A DNA stretch of 52,364 nucleotides from Candidatus Monoglobus merdigallinarum (lineage in GTDB: Bacteria > Bacillota > Clostridia > Monoglobales > Monoglobaceae), in the NCBI GenBank assembly GCA_019112945.1, contig DXIJ01000055.1:1-52364 (forward strand), written 5' to 3'. A program made the translations under genes and the position numbers. The notes below the pieces were generated by a model that was given only the letters and a program-made list of their open reading frames with translations, was not told the DNA's origin and searched no databases. This document shows, piece by piece, positions 28,801 through 38,644 of this stretch. The first letter of the stretch is position 1. Each line of letters begins with the position of its first letter.

Positions 28801-29110
28801 TTGTCAGGTTATCGGCCTTTATGACGAGAGTTCCGCTGAGTTCAATGGTCCCGCCCACATCGAATACAACTATCCTGCCGGGCTTTGATACCGCATCTGC
28901 AAACGAGCCCTCGCCGGATGCGTTCAAATTTGTAACATGGTATACCTCTACCGCTCCGCCGCTGTCTGTTACTCCCCTTGCGCCGGGAGAGTACTTTCCG
29001 CCGCCGACCGCCTCCGGAAAAGCAAGCGTCCCGGCTGCGGCAGCATTTACCGACAGCGCACAGGCTGCAAACAGCAAAAATGCAGATATAAATACTAATA
29101 TTTTTTTCAT
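25871..29110 (-). CDS. Secreted multidomain PL1 pectate lyase (PL1, Ig-like, ConA-like domains, C-terminal module)
   Basis: AFPEAVGGG, GQTAPGDG, IIDHCSVSW, HGYGAIWGG, RSPR motifs. Confidence 0.9.
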   Translation of the reverse strand: MKKILVFISAFLLFAACALSVNAAAAGTLAFPEAVGGGKYSPGARGVTDSGGAVEVYHVTNLNASGEGSFADAVSKPGRIVVFDVGGTIELSGTLVIKADNLTILGQTAPGDGITVSGGNVVFDDEVENIIIRYMRIRPTDKNGGEPDGLGGRFNTNIIIDHCSVSWCVDELLTLYAGAAEEGKTVGNHLTIQNTIGSESLRMSNHVKGAHGYGAIWGGTDASYAFNLLAHHDSRSPRLDRQLKSTDVSNNVIYDWGQTNSAYGAEPYSSDRSSFEPSNVNWVGNYYKYGPSTRSSLRYRIFDVSAPLNAGDPKSRFYFDGNYVFGNREYTENNVLGVNNSAQAELLSAEIDMGEYDIERMSAADAYDYVLNNAGATLPRRDAVDARIVGDVKHGTGRVINNASEVGGLIASDTEYRAFEVPQEWISQNGFDGMAETDIIESGEYAGYTLIEAYINEWTAEQSAIPPTNPEIVVKSPATASVNDTVSIGGEEVSVDNGNWEVVTEGESVHYSAQAFEAGGNAVTKMELYDGNMLIYSFDGSYIETDLNLSAGTHYLTCRAYNTRGEKTQSTTSIVYVKAAAEPGSYSHVQIGSTGYDGLGGASMDETGVYSIYGSGRITESASDSCDFMYKPVDGDFEITVRTESIPKFENQQVSGLMVRASLSPDSVMAMIGDGWGRGGENVRVFSRTRTGQNSKEIFFKDADGNDCDNGDTSYAMPRYMKIQRVGDTLTFSVSDNGIDYSSNARQPFSVEYSNLPERLYVGLAVDSAEGVSVKEYFAAAKFSRLTLNGESDVEYDDYGVPFHDTDFDGAAWYIPSGDEIVDCSQSPIGGNSGTVLQFWGATSRTFNPQSRGIITASADYYMLGERGVENTGARFMLQGIDESGSTVKIASIYAQHDLGFFKEYDEEDENRPSIPADSENKPQLKTWYKVTAVLDYYTGKGKYSFTPYTEYNSASGVYSLGESIFDYEFEFDTSVAFSTLHFQRFGGWLMYLSNVSLDIEYNDTVLFESGGKITAYSKDTDAHLYVAVYDENGCLTECSEYSVSAGSVQTVTVPGSIQNGRVFLWDENNAPLCEAVRL

Positions 29111-29221
29111 ATGACCCGGCCTCCTAAGTCTTTGTTATCAAATCAATAAATTTGCAGTTTTATTTTAACATACATAGAATATTTTTTCAAGCCAAATTCT
29201 TTGAAATCCCATTCAGTAATC

Positions 29222-29245
29222 AAAAAAGCAGCCCGAGAGGCTGCG
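29222..29245 (-). terminator. Intrinsic terminator of the ppk-mgtE-SBP unit
   Basis: GCAGCC-TCTCG-GGCTGC-TTTTTT on the minus strand. Confidence 0.7.
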
Positions 29246-29246
29246 T

Positions 29247-30098
29247 TTACATGTTCTGCTTTGACTGAAGCGCGGTAAGGCGTGCGTCATATTCCGCCCG
29301 CAGCCCGGAGTTTCCGTTTATATATGCGAGCCTCAAATCGAGAAGTGTATTGTCCTCTTTGAATCCGCCTAAGACTTCGTTAATATTTCTGAGCATATCG
29401 CTGCTGCCGTCCCTGACTGCTATATGATATTCGCGGGAGGCAATACCGCTCTCTCTTATGGCAAAACCGACATTTTCTGTCACAAGCTCATAGGCCGTGC
29501 GGCTGTCGGATAGCAGCACGTCCGCCGCTCCACTGAGCAGCGCATCCTTGGCATCCCCGGCATTTTTGAATAGCGAGATATTGCTCAGCCCTTGTTCCAT
29601 AGCATAACTGTGCGAGAGGCTGCCGTATACTACGGCGATATTTGCCGCCTCTCTCAGGTCATATGTGCTTCTGACCGCTGTATTATTAACATTTGTCACG
29701 ATTGAGGACGACAGTGTGATGTAGCTGTCTGTAAAATCTGTAAGCCTGCGGCTGTCATCGTCAGCTGCAAGAGACGACACGGCAATATCAGCAATACCGC
29801 AGCGCACTGCACTGAGCAGCTCATCCCTCGGCATTATCAAAAACACCGGCCTGAGCTCCAGCTCCTCGCACATACGCATGCACAGCGCAGCGTCAAACCC
29901 CAGAGCCTCGCCGTTCTCGCCCGGGTATGAAAACGGCTCGCTGTCGGCGGCAAAGGCTATATTCAAAACGGAGTTATCCTTTTCCGCGCGCGGCTTACTG
30001 TCGCTGCTTAAAAAACTGTCAGGGGCCGAGCATGCACAGCAGACCAAGACACACAAAATCAGCGCAGAAACCAGCTTAGTAAAATCAGATATCCTCAT
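29247..30098 (-). CDS. Polar amino-acid ABC substrate-binding lipoprotein (family 3), no adjacent permease
   Basis: Lipobox CACS; PFSY...GFD, DFTDSY motifs. Confidence 0.8.
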   Translation of the reverse strand: MRISDFTKLVSALILCVLVCCACSAPDSFLSSDSKPRAEKDNSVLNIAFAADSEPFSYPGENGEALGFDAALCMRMCEELELRPVFLIMPRDELLSAVRCGIADIAVSSLAADDDSRRLTDFTDSYITLSSSIVTNVNNTAVRSTYDLREAANIAVVYGSLSHSYAMEQGLSNISLFKNAGDAKDALLSGAADVLLSDSRTAYELVTENVGFAIRESGIASREYHIAVRDGSSDMLRNINEVLGGFKEDNTLLDLRLAYINGNSGLRAEYDARLTALQSKQNM

Positions 30099-30120
30099 CT
30101 GTTCAGCACCTCACTTCTTC

Positions 30121-31494
30121 CTAAAGCCCCCAGCTCATAACAATTGTTGCTACATTAAAAAAAATTATGACCGAGCACGCGTCAACGATAGTAGTAATAA
30201 TAGGCGATGACATAAGCGCGGGGTCGAGCTTGCACACCTTTGCAAGCACCGGCAGCGCACCGCCCAGCATTTTGGCAATGACTGCGGTGCCTATCAGGCT
30301 GATGCCGGATACCACTGATAGATATACCGGGTTTTCTGCCCTGTACATTATAAAAATCCTGATTGTATTGACAGCCGCGAGCACAACGCCTACTATAAGC
30401 GCTATCCTCACCTCTTTGAACATAACCCTTAGAATGTCCTTTGGACGGATCTCATCAAGAGCCAGTCCGCGTATGATCATGGTTGAGCTCTGTGCGCCGC
30501 AGTTTCCGCCCGTGCCCATCAGCATAGGCACAAACGCCACAAGCACCGGCATTGCGGTAAACGCAGCCTCGTAGCTCTCCAAAATACTGCCGGTTATAGT
30601 GGCCGACAGCATAAGCAGCAGCAGCCACAGCATTCTGTTTTTAGCATGCTTTAAGACCGAGGTCTTAAAGTAAGATTCATCGGTCGGCTGCACAGCGCTC
30701 ATTTTCTGGATATCCTCGGTGTGCTCCTCCTGAATGACGTCGATAGCGTCGTCAAAAGTTACTATACCAACAAGCCGGTTTTCGGTATCAACAACCGGCA
30801 GCGACATAAAATCGTACTTATCAAATTTATTTGCTACCGCCTCTTTATCCTCGGTAGTCTCGACACTGATAATATTTTTCTCCATTATAGTGTCAATTAT
30901 CGTATTGTAGGGCGACAGCAGCAGCTCTCTCACCGATACCAGTCCCAGCAGCTTCCGGTCAGTCCCCGTAACATAGCATATATAGATTGTCTCTTTATCT
31001 ACCCCGGTCTTTCTTATCCGGTCAAAGGCGTCCGAAACAGTCATGCCGGGCTTTAAGCTGACATACTCGGTCGTCATAATGCTTCCGGCGCTGTCCTTGG
31101 GGTATCTTAAAATCTCGTTTATCGTGTTTCTTGTCTCCGGGTCGGTATGCCTCAGGATACGCTTTACAACGTTTGCCGGCATCTCTTCAATAATGTCTAC
31201 TGCGTCATCGACAAAAAGCTCATCGACCACGTCCTTGAGCTCACGCTCGCTGAATGCATTTATAAGCAGCTCCTGCTCCTCGCTGTCCATCTCTACAAAC
31301 GTCTCTGCTGCAAGTTCTTTCGGCAGTATCCTGAATAGTATCGGCAACCTGCGGGAATCCGCTTCCCCTAAAATTATTGCTATATCGACCGGCTCCATCG
31401 CTGTGAACATGGATCGTATTTTCCCAAAGTCCCTGTTTTTAAGGCTCTGCTCAATTGTCTCGCTGAGTGCTTCAAAATCAATCCTCTCCGCCAC
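30121..31494 (-). CDS. mgtE: Magnesium transporter MgtE
   Basis: MgtE N domain, CBS pair, GTGGNCGAQS, DPALMSSPIITTIVD. Confidence 0.95.
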   Translation of the reverse strand: MAERIDFEALSETIEQSLKNRDFGKIRSMFTAMEPVDIAIILGEADSRRLPILFRILPKELAAETFVEMDSEEQELLINAFSERELKDVVDELFVDDAVDIIEEMPANVVKRILRHTDPETRNTINEILRYPKDSAGSIMTTEYVSLKPGMTVSDAFDRIRKTGVDKETIYICYVTGTDRKLLGLVSVRELLLSPYNTIIDTIMEKNIISVETTEDKEAVANKFDKYDFMSLPVVDTENRLVGIVTFDDAIDVIQEEHTEDIQKMSAVQPTDESYFKTSVLKHAKNRMLWLLLLMLSATITGSILESYEAAFTAMPVLVAFVPMLMGTGGNCGAQSSTMIIRGLALDEIRPKDILRVMFKEVRIALIVGVVLAAVNTIRIFIMYRAENPVYLSVVSGISLIGTAVIAKMLGGALPVLAKVCKLDPALMSSPIITTIVDACSVIIFFNVATIVMSWGL

Positions 31495-31510
31495 GATGAC
31501 CGCCTCCTTG

Positions 31511-33694
31511 TCATTTCTTATTTAAATTATTATACAGCCGCTCAATAAGTTCCGCATATTTTCTCTTGAAAAAACCGTACTTTTTTACAGGCTCTGCTCT
31601 CACTGTTTGAAGTGCAGTAACCGCTGTTTCAGTCTCCGTCCTGCTTCTTTCCTCTGCGGCTCTCTCTGCCTCAGCCATAAAGACTTCCTGAGAGTTCACG
31701 CGGCTCAGCGTGCCCGGCTTCAGCGCATATGTTCCGTCGCTTCTCAGCACCCTGGCCTTTACGGTGTCGCTCAGGCATATCTTTATATAATGATTGATAA
31801 CATCCTTTATCTCCTGCGAATATATCGGGCAGCCGACCTCGACGCGCTTATCCATATTCCTCGTCATTATATCGGCAGACGCTATAAACAGCTTCTGCTC
31901 CTCGCCCTTGCCGAAGCTGTAGATACGCGAATGCTCCAGGTATCTTCCGACAATGCTGTACACTCTGACGTTTTCGGTAACGCCCGGGATCTGCGGCAAA
32001 AGACAGCATATCCCGCGGACAAGCATAGTGATCTTAACGCCCGCCATGCTGGCGTCCCTCAGCTTATCGATGATCTCACGGTCGGTAACAGAGTTTACCT
32101 TGATGAAGATATCGCCGTCCTCACCGCGCTCGATCTGTTCGTCAATGTATTTGATTATCTGATCTTTCATGGAGTTCGGCGCAACCCACAGATGCTTATA
32201 ATTCCCCTCAAGGTTTGATATCGAAATATTGTTAAAGAAATCGGAAGCATCCTCTCCGATCTCCTTATCCTCGGTTATAAACGAAAAATCCGTGTACTGC
32301 TTGGCAGTCTTTTCGTTGTAGTTTCCGGTACCTATCTGCGTTATATAGCTCATCTCTCCGCCGACGTTCTTGGTTATAAGGCAAACCTTTGAATGGACTT
32401 TATAATCTTCAAGCCCGTAGATTATTTTACAGCCCGCCTGCTCAAGCCTTTCAGACCAGTCAATATTGTTCTGCTCATCAAATCTCGCGCGGAGCTCTAT
32501 CAGGACAAGCACCTCTTTGCCATTCTCTGCGGCTGTACACAGGTGCTCGATAAGCTTTGCGTTTTTGGCCAGGCGGTATATCGTTATCTTAATCGATACT
32601 ACATAAGGGTCGGAGGCCGACCTCTTTATCATGTTCACAAACGGATCCATACTCTCATAAGGATATGAGAGTATTATATCCTTGTTTGTCTCTCCGGTCA
32701 TTATCTCGCCGTGCGTATGCTGCGGCTCGAACTCAGGATAGCACAGACGGCTGCTCTGCTCGTCCGTAAACTTTGACTGGAGCCCAAAGACGTAGCCAAG
32801 GCTCATAGGTGATTTTGTGACAAATATCTGTTTGTCGGTAATACTGAGTTTATTGAGCAGCAGCTCTTTTGTATACGGTTCAAGCTCCTCCGCCGCTTCA
32901 AGACGCACGACCGCAAGACGCCTGCGCTTTTTAAGCAGCTTTTTCATCTTGCTCCTAAAATCCTCGTTTATATCATACGCCTCATCGTTTGGATTTATAT
33001 CGGCATTTCTGGTAGCACAGAACATGTTTTTGTCCGTTATGGTATACTGCTCAAACAGCGACTCAAAGTACATCCATATGATATCCTCCACATGGATATA
33101 CTTTATCTTTTTCCCCGGCATAAACAACACCGGCGGAAGCGTAGGCGGCACGGTAACAACTGCCAGTGACGAGTTTTTCTTTCGGGTCACCTTTCCGACA
33201 ACACATATCTGCTTTGAAGCAATAAACGGGAACGGATGATGCTCGTCTACAAGCTGCGGCGACAAAATAGGCTCAACATAATTGTTATAATATTCCTTAA
33301 CAAATTTAAGCTCATCGGCTGACAATGTGTCCGGACGCAGATGAACTATATTATGCTTTTTCAGCCTGCGTATGGTTATATCATATATCTCATCTTTCTT
33401 TTTGTAAAGGGGCCGGACTGCGGAATATATCTTTGAAAGCTGCTCCTTCGGCGTCATTCCGGTCTTGTTGTCGATTGCTTTTTTATCCGCGATAGACAGG
33501 TCAAAAAGACTTCCGACCCTAACCATAAAGAACTCGTCAAGGTTGCTGACAAAAATGGATATAAATTTCAGCCTCTCATATATTGGCACCTCTTCGCTCA
33601 CAGCCTCCTGAAGCACCCTTTCATTAAATCTGAGCCAAGACAATTCGCGGTTCTGCATATAGCTGTAGTTCTTGTTTGAAACTTTATCGCCCAT
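31511..33694 (-). CDS. ppk: Polyphosphate kinase 1
   Basis: NRELSWLRFNERV, NLDEFFMVRV, ELRARFDEQNNI, KVHSK, GRYLEHSR. Confidence 0.96.
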   Translation of the reverse strand: MGDKVSNKNYSYMQNRELSWLRFNERVLQEAVSEEVPIYERLKFISIFVSNLDEFFMVRVGSLFDLSIADKKAIDNKTGMTPKEQLSKIYSAVRPLYKKKDEIYDITIRRLKKHNIVHLRPDTLSADELKFVKEYYNNYVEPILSPQLVDEHHPFPFIASKQICVVGKVTRKKNSSLAVVTVPPTLPPVLFMPGKKIKYIHVEDIIWMYFESLFEQYTITDKNMFCATRNADINPNDEAYDINEDFRSKMKKLLKKRRRLAVVRLEAAEELEPYTKELLLNKLSITDKQIFVTKSPMSLGYVFGLQSKFTDEQSSRLCYPEFEPQHTHGEIMTGETNKDIILSYPYESMDPFVNMIKRSASDPYVVSIKITIYRLAKNAKLIEHLCTAAENGKEVLVLIELRARFDEQNNIDWSERLEQAGCKIIYGLEDYKVHSKVCLITKNVGGEMSYITQIGTGNYNEKTAKQYTDFSFITEDKEIGEDASDFFNNISISNLEGNYKHLWVAPNSMKDQIIKYIDEQIERGEDGDIFIKVNSVTDREIIDKLRDASMAGVKITMLVRGICCLLPQIPGVTENVRVYSIVGRYLEHSRIYSFGKGEEQKLFIASADIMTRNMDKRVEVGCPIYSQEIKDVINHYIKICLSDTVKARVLRSDGTYALKPGTLSRVNSQEVFMAEAERAAEERSRTETETAVTALQTVRAEPVKKYGFFKRKYAELIERLYNNLNKK

Positions 33695-33872
33695 TAAAAT
33701 CAACCTCGCTTAAATATTACTGTCCCGCATAAACAGTATGCGCACAGCTGTAATTATATTATACCGTGAAAGCGGCTCAAATGTAAAGTAAAATATGCGT
33801 AAAATTTCCAAATTAATTTGGAAATTTAAGCGGCAGCCGCGCCGCCTTTGCCAAAGACCGGCTGTATATGCC

Positions 33873-33898
33873 AAAACCGCGGCCTAAGCCGCGGTTTT
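33873..33898. terminator. Bidirectional terminator downstream of the Cys-rich peptides
   Basis: AAAACCGCGGC-CTAA-GCCGCGGTTTT. Confidence 0.75.
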
Positions 33899-33912
33899 GA
33901 TGAGTTATTCAA

Positions 33913-34038
33913 TTAGCAGCCGCAGCCGCAGCCGTTGTCACAGCCGTTATCGTTGCCGCAGCAGCAGCAAATTAAGATTATCAGGATTATTATCCAAAGA
34001 CAGTTGTTGCCGCCGAATCCGTTACCGAAGCATCCCAT
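33913..34038 (-). CDS. Small Cys/Gly-rich membrane peptide, 41 aa, probable spore coat/exosporium component (not in ORF track)
   Basis: MGCFGNGFGGNNCLWIIILIILICCCCGNDNGCDNGCGCGC; GGGAGGTG RBS; paralog immediately upstream. Confidence 0.85.
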   Translation of the reverse strand: MGCFGNGFGGNNCLWIIILIILICCCCGNDNGCDNGCGCGC

Positions 34039-34184
34039 ATCCGTACACCTCCCTTATTTTTATGCTGACCGTCAGCGGTATGGGAAGATTCCCGGCTTGT
34101 ATTGTGCAGAACTCTTCCCATACCGCTGAGGAAAACTGAATATTTAATCAAAATTCACACGGACTTGCCGTACTTTTGCGCCTA

Positions 34185-34283
34185 TTAGCAGCAGCTGTTA
34201 TTGTTTCCGCCGCAGCAGCAGCTGATCAAAATTATCAGAATTATAATCCAAAGACATCCGTTGTCTCCGAAACATCCGTTCAT
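34185..34283 (-). CDS. Small Cys-rich membrane peptide, 32 aa, paralog of the above (not in ORF track)
   Basis: MNGCFGDNGCLWIIILIILISCCCGGNNNSCC; AGGAGGTG RBS. Confidence 0.85.
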   Translation of the reverse strand: MNGCFGDNGCLWIIILIILISCCCGGNNNSCC

Positions 34284-34314
34284 GAATCTGCACCTCCTAA
34301 ACTGTTTTCACTGT

Positions 34315-34341
34315 ATACTATGTTAAAATTAAGTTTTGGTG
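34315..34341 (-). promoter_or_regulatory. SigK-like sporulation promoter
   Basis: AC-N16-CATAGTAT matches the sigma-K consensus AC-N16/18-CATA---T. Confidence 0.55.
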
Positions 34342-34437
34342 AAAACTTTTGAAAAAAGATTTACATATCCATGAAATTATGATATCATTCAGTTACAGTT
34401 TATTACGGAAAATATAAAAAGTTTGGAGGGTGTTTTA

Positions 34438-36111
34438 ATGAAAACAGATATTCAGATCGCCCAGGAAGCAAAAATGCTGCCCATAGCCGAGATCGCCGAA
34501 AAACTCGGCATACCGGAGGACAGCATCGAGTTTTACGGAAAATACAAAGCAAAAATCAGCGATAAGTATATCGAAAGCATAAAAGACAGAAGTATGGGAA
34601 AGCTCATACTCGTAACGGCAATAAACCCCACTCCTGCGGGAGAGGGCAAAACGACCGTCACGGTAGGCCTGGGTGAAGCGATGCCGCTTATCGGCAAAAA
34701 GGCGATAATCGCACTGCGCGAGCCGTCAATGGGTCCGGTAATGGGCATCAAGGGCGGCGCGGCCGGAGGCGGATACTCACAAGTCGTACCCATGGAGGAC
34801 ATAAATCTGCATTTTACCGGCGATATGCACGCGATAACCGCAGCCAACAACCTGCTTTCGGCAGCCATCGACAATCACGTACACCACGGTAACGCCCTTA
34901 ACATCGACATGCGCAGTATAACCTGGAAGCGCTGCCTCGATATGAACGACCGGGCGCTGCGCGAGGTAGTGGTCGGGCTCGGCGGAAAGTTAAACGGCTA
35001 TCCGCGGCAGGACGGCTTTAACATAACCGTCGCCAGCGAGGTTATGGCAATACTCTGCCTGTCGGAGGATATTGACGACCTGCGCGAGAGGATAAGCCGC
35101 ATTATAATCGGCAGTACCAAGGACGGCAAGCCTGTCACAGCGGGCGATCTCAAAATGGACGGCGCAATGACGCTGCTCCTGCGCGACGCAATAAAGCCCA
35201 ACCTTGTGCAGACGCTTGAAAACACCCCGTGCCTTATGCACGGCGGCCCGTTTGCAAACATCGCGCACGGCTGCAACTCCATAATTGCGACCAAGACCGG
35301 CCTCAGGCTTGCGGACTACTGCATAACCGAGGCGGGCTTTGGCAGCGACCTCGGAGCCGAAAAGTTCTTTGACATAAAGTGCCGCGCAGCAGGCCTCACA
35401 CCCGACTGCGTCGTACTTGTCGCCACCGCCAAGGCTCTTAAATACAACAGCGGAAACGTTTCAAAAGATATGCTGAAGCACGAGGATCTGGACGCACTGA
35501 AACTTGGCATAGCCAACCTCGGAAAGCATATCGAGAACATGAAGAAGTACGGCGTGCCTGTAGTTGTTGCGATAAACAAATTTGATACAGACACAGCCGC
35601 TGAGCTTGAATATATTGAGGAATACTGCAAGAGCCGCGAGGTCGGCTGCTCTGTCTGCGAGGTGTTCGAAAAAGGCGGACGCGGCGGCACCGATCTTGCA
35701 GAAAAGGTCATCGAGACTATCCAGACTGCGCCGTCAGCGTTTAAGCCCATATACAACCTGAGCCTGCCGATAAAAGAAAAGATCGAGATAATAGCCAGAG
35801 AGATATACGGTGCGGCAAGCGTTACATATTCCTCGGCGGCAAACAAGCAGATACTTGCTCTTACGAGAATGGGCTTTGACAAGCTTCCCGTCTGCATGGC
35901 AAAAACCCAGTACTCGCTCTCGGACGACCCGACGCTGCTCGGACGGCCAAAGGGCTTTGACATAACGATACGCGAGGTCAATATTTCCAGCGGAGCCGGA
36001 TTCCTTGTCGTGCTGACCGGAGCCGTACTGACCATGCCCGGACTGCCGAAAGAGCCTGCCGCCAATAAGATAAGCCTTGAAAAGGACGGCACGATAACCG
36101 GCCTGTTTTGA
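34438..36111 (+). CDS. fhs: Formate-tetrahydrofolate ligase
   Basis: [47 protein letters not shown]. Confidence 0.97.
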   Translation: MKTDIQIAQEAKMLPIAEIAEKLGIPEDSIEFYGKYKAKISDKYIESIKDRSMGKLILVTAINPTPAGEGKTTVTVGLGEAMPLIGKKAIIALREPSMGPVMGIKGGAAGGGYSQVVPMEDINLHFTGDMHAITAANNLLSAAIDNHVHHGNALNIDMRSITWKRCLDMNDRALREVVVGLGGKLNGYPRQDGFNITVASEVMAILCLSEDIDDLRERISRIIIGSTKDGKPVTAGDLKMDGAMTLLLRDAIKPNLVQTLENTPCLMHGGPFANIAHGCNSIIATKTGLRLADYCITEAGFGSDLGAEKFFDIKCRAAGLTPDCVVLVATAKALKYNSGNVSKDMLKHEDLDALKLGIANLGKHIENMKKYGVPVVVAINKFDTDTAAELEYIEEYCKSREVGCSVCEVFEKGGRGGTDLAEKVIETIQTAPSAFKPIYNLSLPIKEKIEIIAREIYGAASVTYSSAANKQILALTRMGFDKLPVCMAKTQYSLSDDPTLLGRPKGFDITIREVNISSGAGFLVVLTGAVLTMPGLPKEPAANKISLEKDGTITGLF

Positions 36112-36144
36112 TATAAAAACACTGTTTTGGGAGTTGAATAAATT

Positions 36145-38016
36145 TTGTTTAAATCAAAAGACGAGTATGATGTTATAGTCGTGGGAGGAGGCCATGCCGG
36201 GATAGAGGCTGCGCTCTGCTGTGCGCGGCTTAAAATGAAGACCTGTATTTTTTCTATCTGCCTTGACGCAGTCGCCAACCTCCCGTGCAACCCCAGCATA
36301 GGAGGCACCGCCAAAGGGCACCTTGTGCGCGAGATCGACGCTCTCGGCGGAGAAATGGGCAAGACGGCGGACGAGACGTTTATACAGTCGCGTATGCTAA
36401 ACCGCGGCAAAGGTCCGGCCGTACACTCGCTCAGGGCACAGATAGACCGTCGTTTATATCAAATGCGGATGAAGCACAAACTTGAGACCCAGCCGAATCT
36501 TGATGTGCGCCAGGGCGAGATAGTGGACATAAGGCTCAATGAGAACCGCTGCGTTAAGTCGGTAGTGACCGCAACCGGCGCGGAATTTGCGTGCAGGGCG
36601 GCAATTATCGCCACCGGCACATATTTAAAATCGAGAATAATCATCGGCGAATTTTCTCAGGAAAGCGGCCCCGACGGGGTTTTCCCGGCTGCGCAGCTGT
36701 CAGAAAATTTAAAGGCTCTCGGCATTGAGATAAGGCGGTTTAAGACCGGTACGCCGCCGCGCATAAACCGGCGCAGCATAGACTTTTCTGTGCTCGAGGA
36801 GCAGCACGGCGACAGTGACATAGTTCCGTTTTCGTTTGAAACAGACCCGGACGGACTGAGCAACAAGGCCATATGCCATATAACCTATACGAACGAAAAA
36901 ACCCACAAGATAATCACCGACAACCTTAAGCGCTCACCGCTCTTCGGCGGTGATATTACCGGCATAGGGCCGCGCTACTGCCCGTCGATTGAGGATAAGG
37001 TCGTGCGCTTCAGTGACAAGGACAGGCATCAGCTCTTTGTCGAGCCTATGGGTCTTGAGACCGAGGAGATATATCTCCAGGGCTTTTCAAGCAGTATGCC
37101 CGAGGACGTACAGATTGACATGATACATTCGCTTAAAGGTTTTGAGAATGCGCAGGTCATGAGAAACGCATACGCTATCGAATACGACTGCGCCGACCCG
37201 CTGCAGCTGTACCCGACGCTGGAGTTCAAAAGCATAGGCGGACTGTACGGCGCGGGCCAGTTCAACGGCACGTCAGGCTACGAGGAGGCAGCGGCACAGG
37301 GGCTTATTGCCGGAATAAACGCCGCACTCAAGCTAAAGGGACAAAAGCCGTTTATTCTCGACCGCTCCGAGGCATATATCGGAGTGTTGATAGACGACTT
37401 AGTCACAAAGGGCACAAACGAGCCGTACAGAATGATGACTTCAAGAAGCGAGTACCGCCTGCTGCTGCGGCAGGACAATGCAGACCTGCGGCTTACGCAG
37501 TACGGCTACGAGATAGGTCTGATCCCGTCTGAGCGGTATTCAAGATTTCTGACAAAGCGGCGGCTGATAGATGAGGAGACCAAGCGTCTCGAGAACACGG
37601 TTTTCCCGCCGTCTCCGGAAGTAAACAGCTTTCTTGAAAGCTGCGGAACGACCCCGATAAAGACCGGAGCAAAAGGCAGCGACCTGCTCAAACGCCCGAA
37701 TGTGACATATGAACGCATGGCGCAGATAGACAGCTGCAGACCCGAAAACCTGCCAAGGGAGGTCGCCGAGCAGGTGGAGATAAGCATAAAGTACAAGGGC
37801 TATATAGACCGCCAGATAAGGCAGGCGGAGCAGTTCAGAAAACTTGAAAGCCGGAAGCTGCCGGACAATATCGATTATAACGAAATCGACGGTCTGCGTC
37901 TTGAGGCGCGGCAGAAGCTGTCCAAAATCCGTCCGGCCTCGATCGGCCAGGCCTCGAGGATATCGGGCGTCAGCCCTGCGGATATCGCCGTCTTAATGGT
38001 GTATCTTAAAAAATAA
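36145..38016 (+). CDS. mnmG: tRNA uridine-5-carboxymethylaminomethyl modification enzyme MnmG
   Basis: [50 protein letters not shown]. Confidence 0.97.
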   Translation: MFKSKDEYDVIVVGGGHAGIEAALCCARLKMKTCIFSICLDAVANLPCNPSIGGTAKGHLVREIDALGGEMGKTADETFIQSRMLNRGKGPAVHSLRAQIDRRLYQMRMKHKLETQPNLDVRQGEIVDIRLNENRCVKSVVTATGAEFACRAAIIATGTYLKSRIIIGEFSQESGPDGVFPAAQLSENLKALGIEIRRFKTGTPPRINRRSIDFSVLEEQHGDSDIVPFSFETDPDGLSNKAICHITYTNEKTHKIITDNLKRSPLFGGDITGIGPRYCPSIEDKVVRFSDKDRHQLFVEPMGLETEEIYLQGFSSSMPEDVQIDMIHSLKGFENAQVMRNAYAIEYDCADPLQLYPTLEFKSIGGLYGAGQFNGTSGYEEAAAQGLIAGINAALKLKGQKPFILDRSEAYIGVLIDDLVTKGTNEPYRMMTSRSEYRLLLRQDNADLRLTQYGYEIGLIPSERYSRFLTKRRLIDEETKRLENTVFPPSPEVNSFLESCGTTPIKTGAKGSDLLKRPNVTYERMAQIDSCRPENLPREVAEQVEISIKYKGYIDRQIRQAEQFRKLESRKLPDNIDYNEIDGLRLEARQKLSKIRPASIGQASRISGVSPADIAVLMVYLKK

Positions 38017-38086
38017 TAGTTAAAAATTTGTTTATAATATATACACAGTATTTAAATAAGTTTGCTGTATAATTAAGAACGGCTGA

Positions 38087-38480
38087 CAACGTAGGGATTA
38101 GGTATTAGGTATTAGGTATTAGGAACGTGACGGGTTTGTTCCTGCTAAATCTATATATACAGCACTTTGTAAAAGGCGCTGACCCAAACCTCGGCAGGTG
38201 AACATAAGCTTAACCAAACAAAAGCCCCAGCGCAGCGGACTTTTGTTTGAAAGGAAAAGCAGCGCAGCGGGTGAGCTTTTTGCTTTTCGAGCAAAAATGA
38301 ACAAGCGGAGCTTGCTTTGACGCAGGTGCGGAGGCGCGGGAGAGTTTTTAAGAAAGCCTATCAAACACCCCCGGAGGAATACCCAAATTACAAACCGAAA
38401 GCCCGATGCAGAAGCCTTAGGCAACACTTTGCACGGTATTATCAGCTATCCTAAAATTTGGGATAAATCCAAACCTCGGC
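38087..38480 (-). repeat. Dispersed modular repeat, locus C
   Basis: CAACGTAGGG(ATTAGGT)3ATTAGGAACGTGACGGG end; 38215-38326 is the reverse-complement homolog of 613-726; CCAAACCTCGGCA occurs at ~38184 and ~38469. Confidence 0.8.
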
Positions 38481-38644
38481 AAACGCTAACAAAAATTGCT
38501 ATTTAGGTTTAATAATCCGTTACATTACTTATTCCCGTGTTGGCCGCCAATATTTGTATAACGCTTTTGAAAGGCGCCGGCAAGACAATATATATTAACC
38601 TATTTTGAAAAAAATACCAACATATAAAATGGAGGATAAGAATT

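Noticed and set aside
33897-34139. Plus-strand ORFs of 80 and 64 aa
   Set aside because: Antisense shadows of the Cys-rich peptide gene, which has the RBS and a paralog
38326-38350. tRNA-like 3' end (CCCGCGCCTCCGCACC) preceding the hairpin module on the minus strand
   Set aside because: No TTCGA T-loop or cloverleaf can be built
38119-38427. 102-aa ORF on the minus strand, partly similar to the 546-755 ORF
   Set aside because: Similarity comes from the shared DNA repeat module, not a protein family
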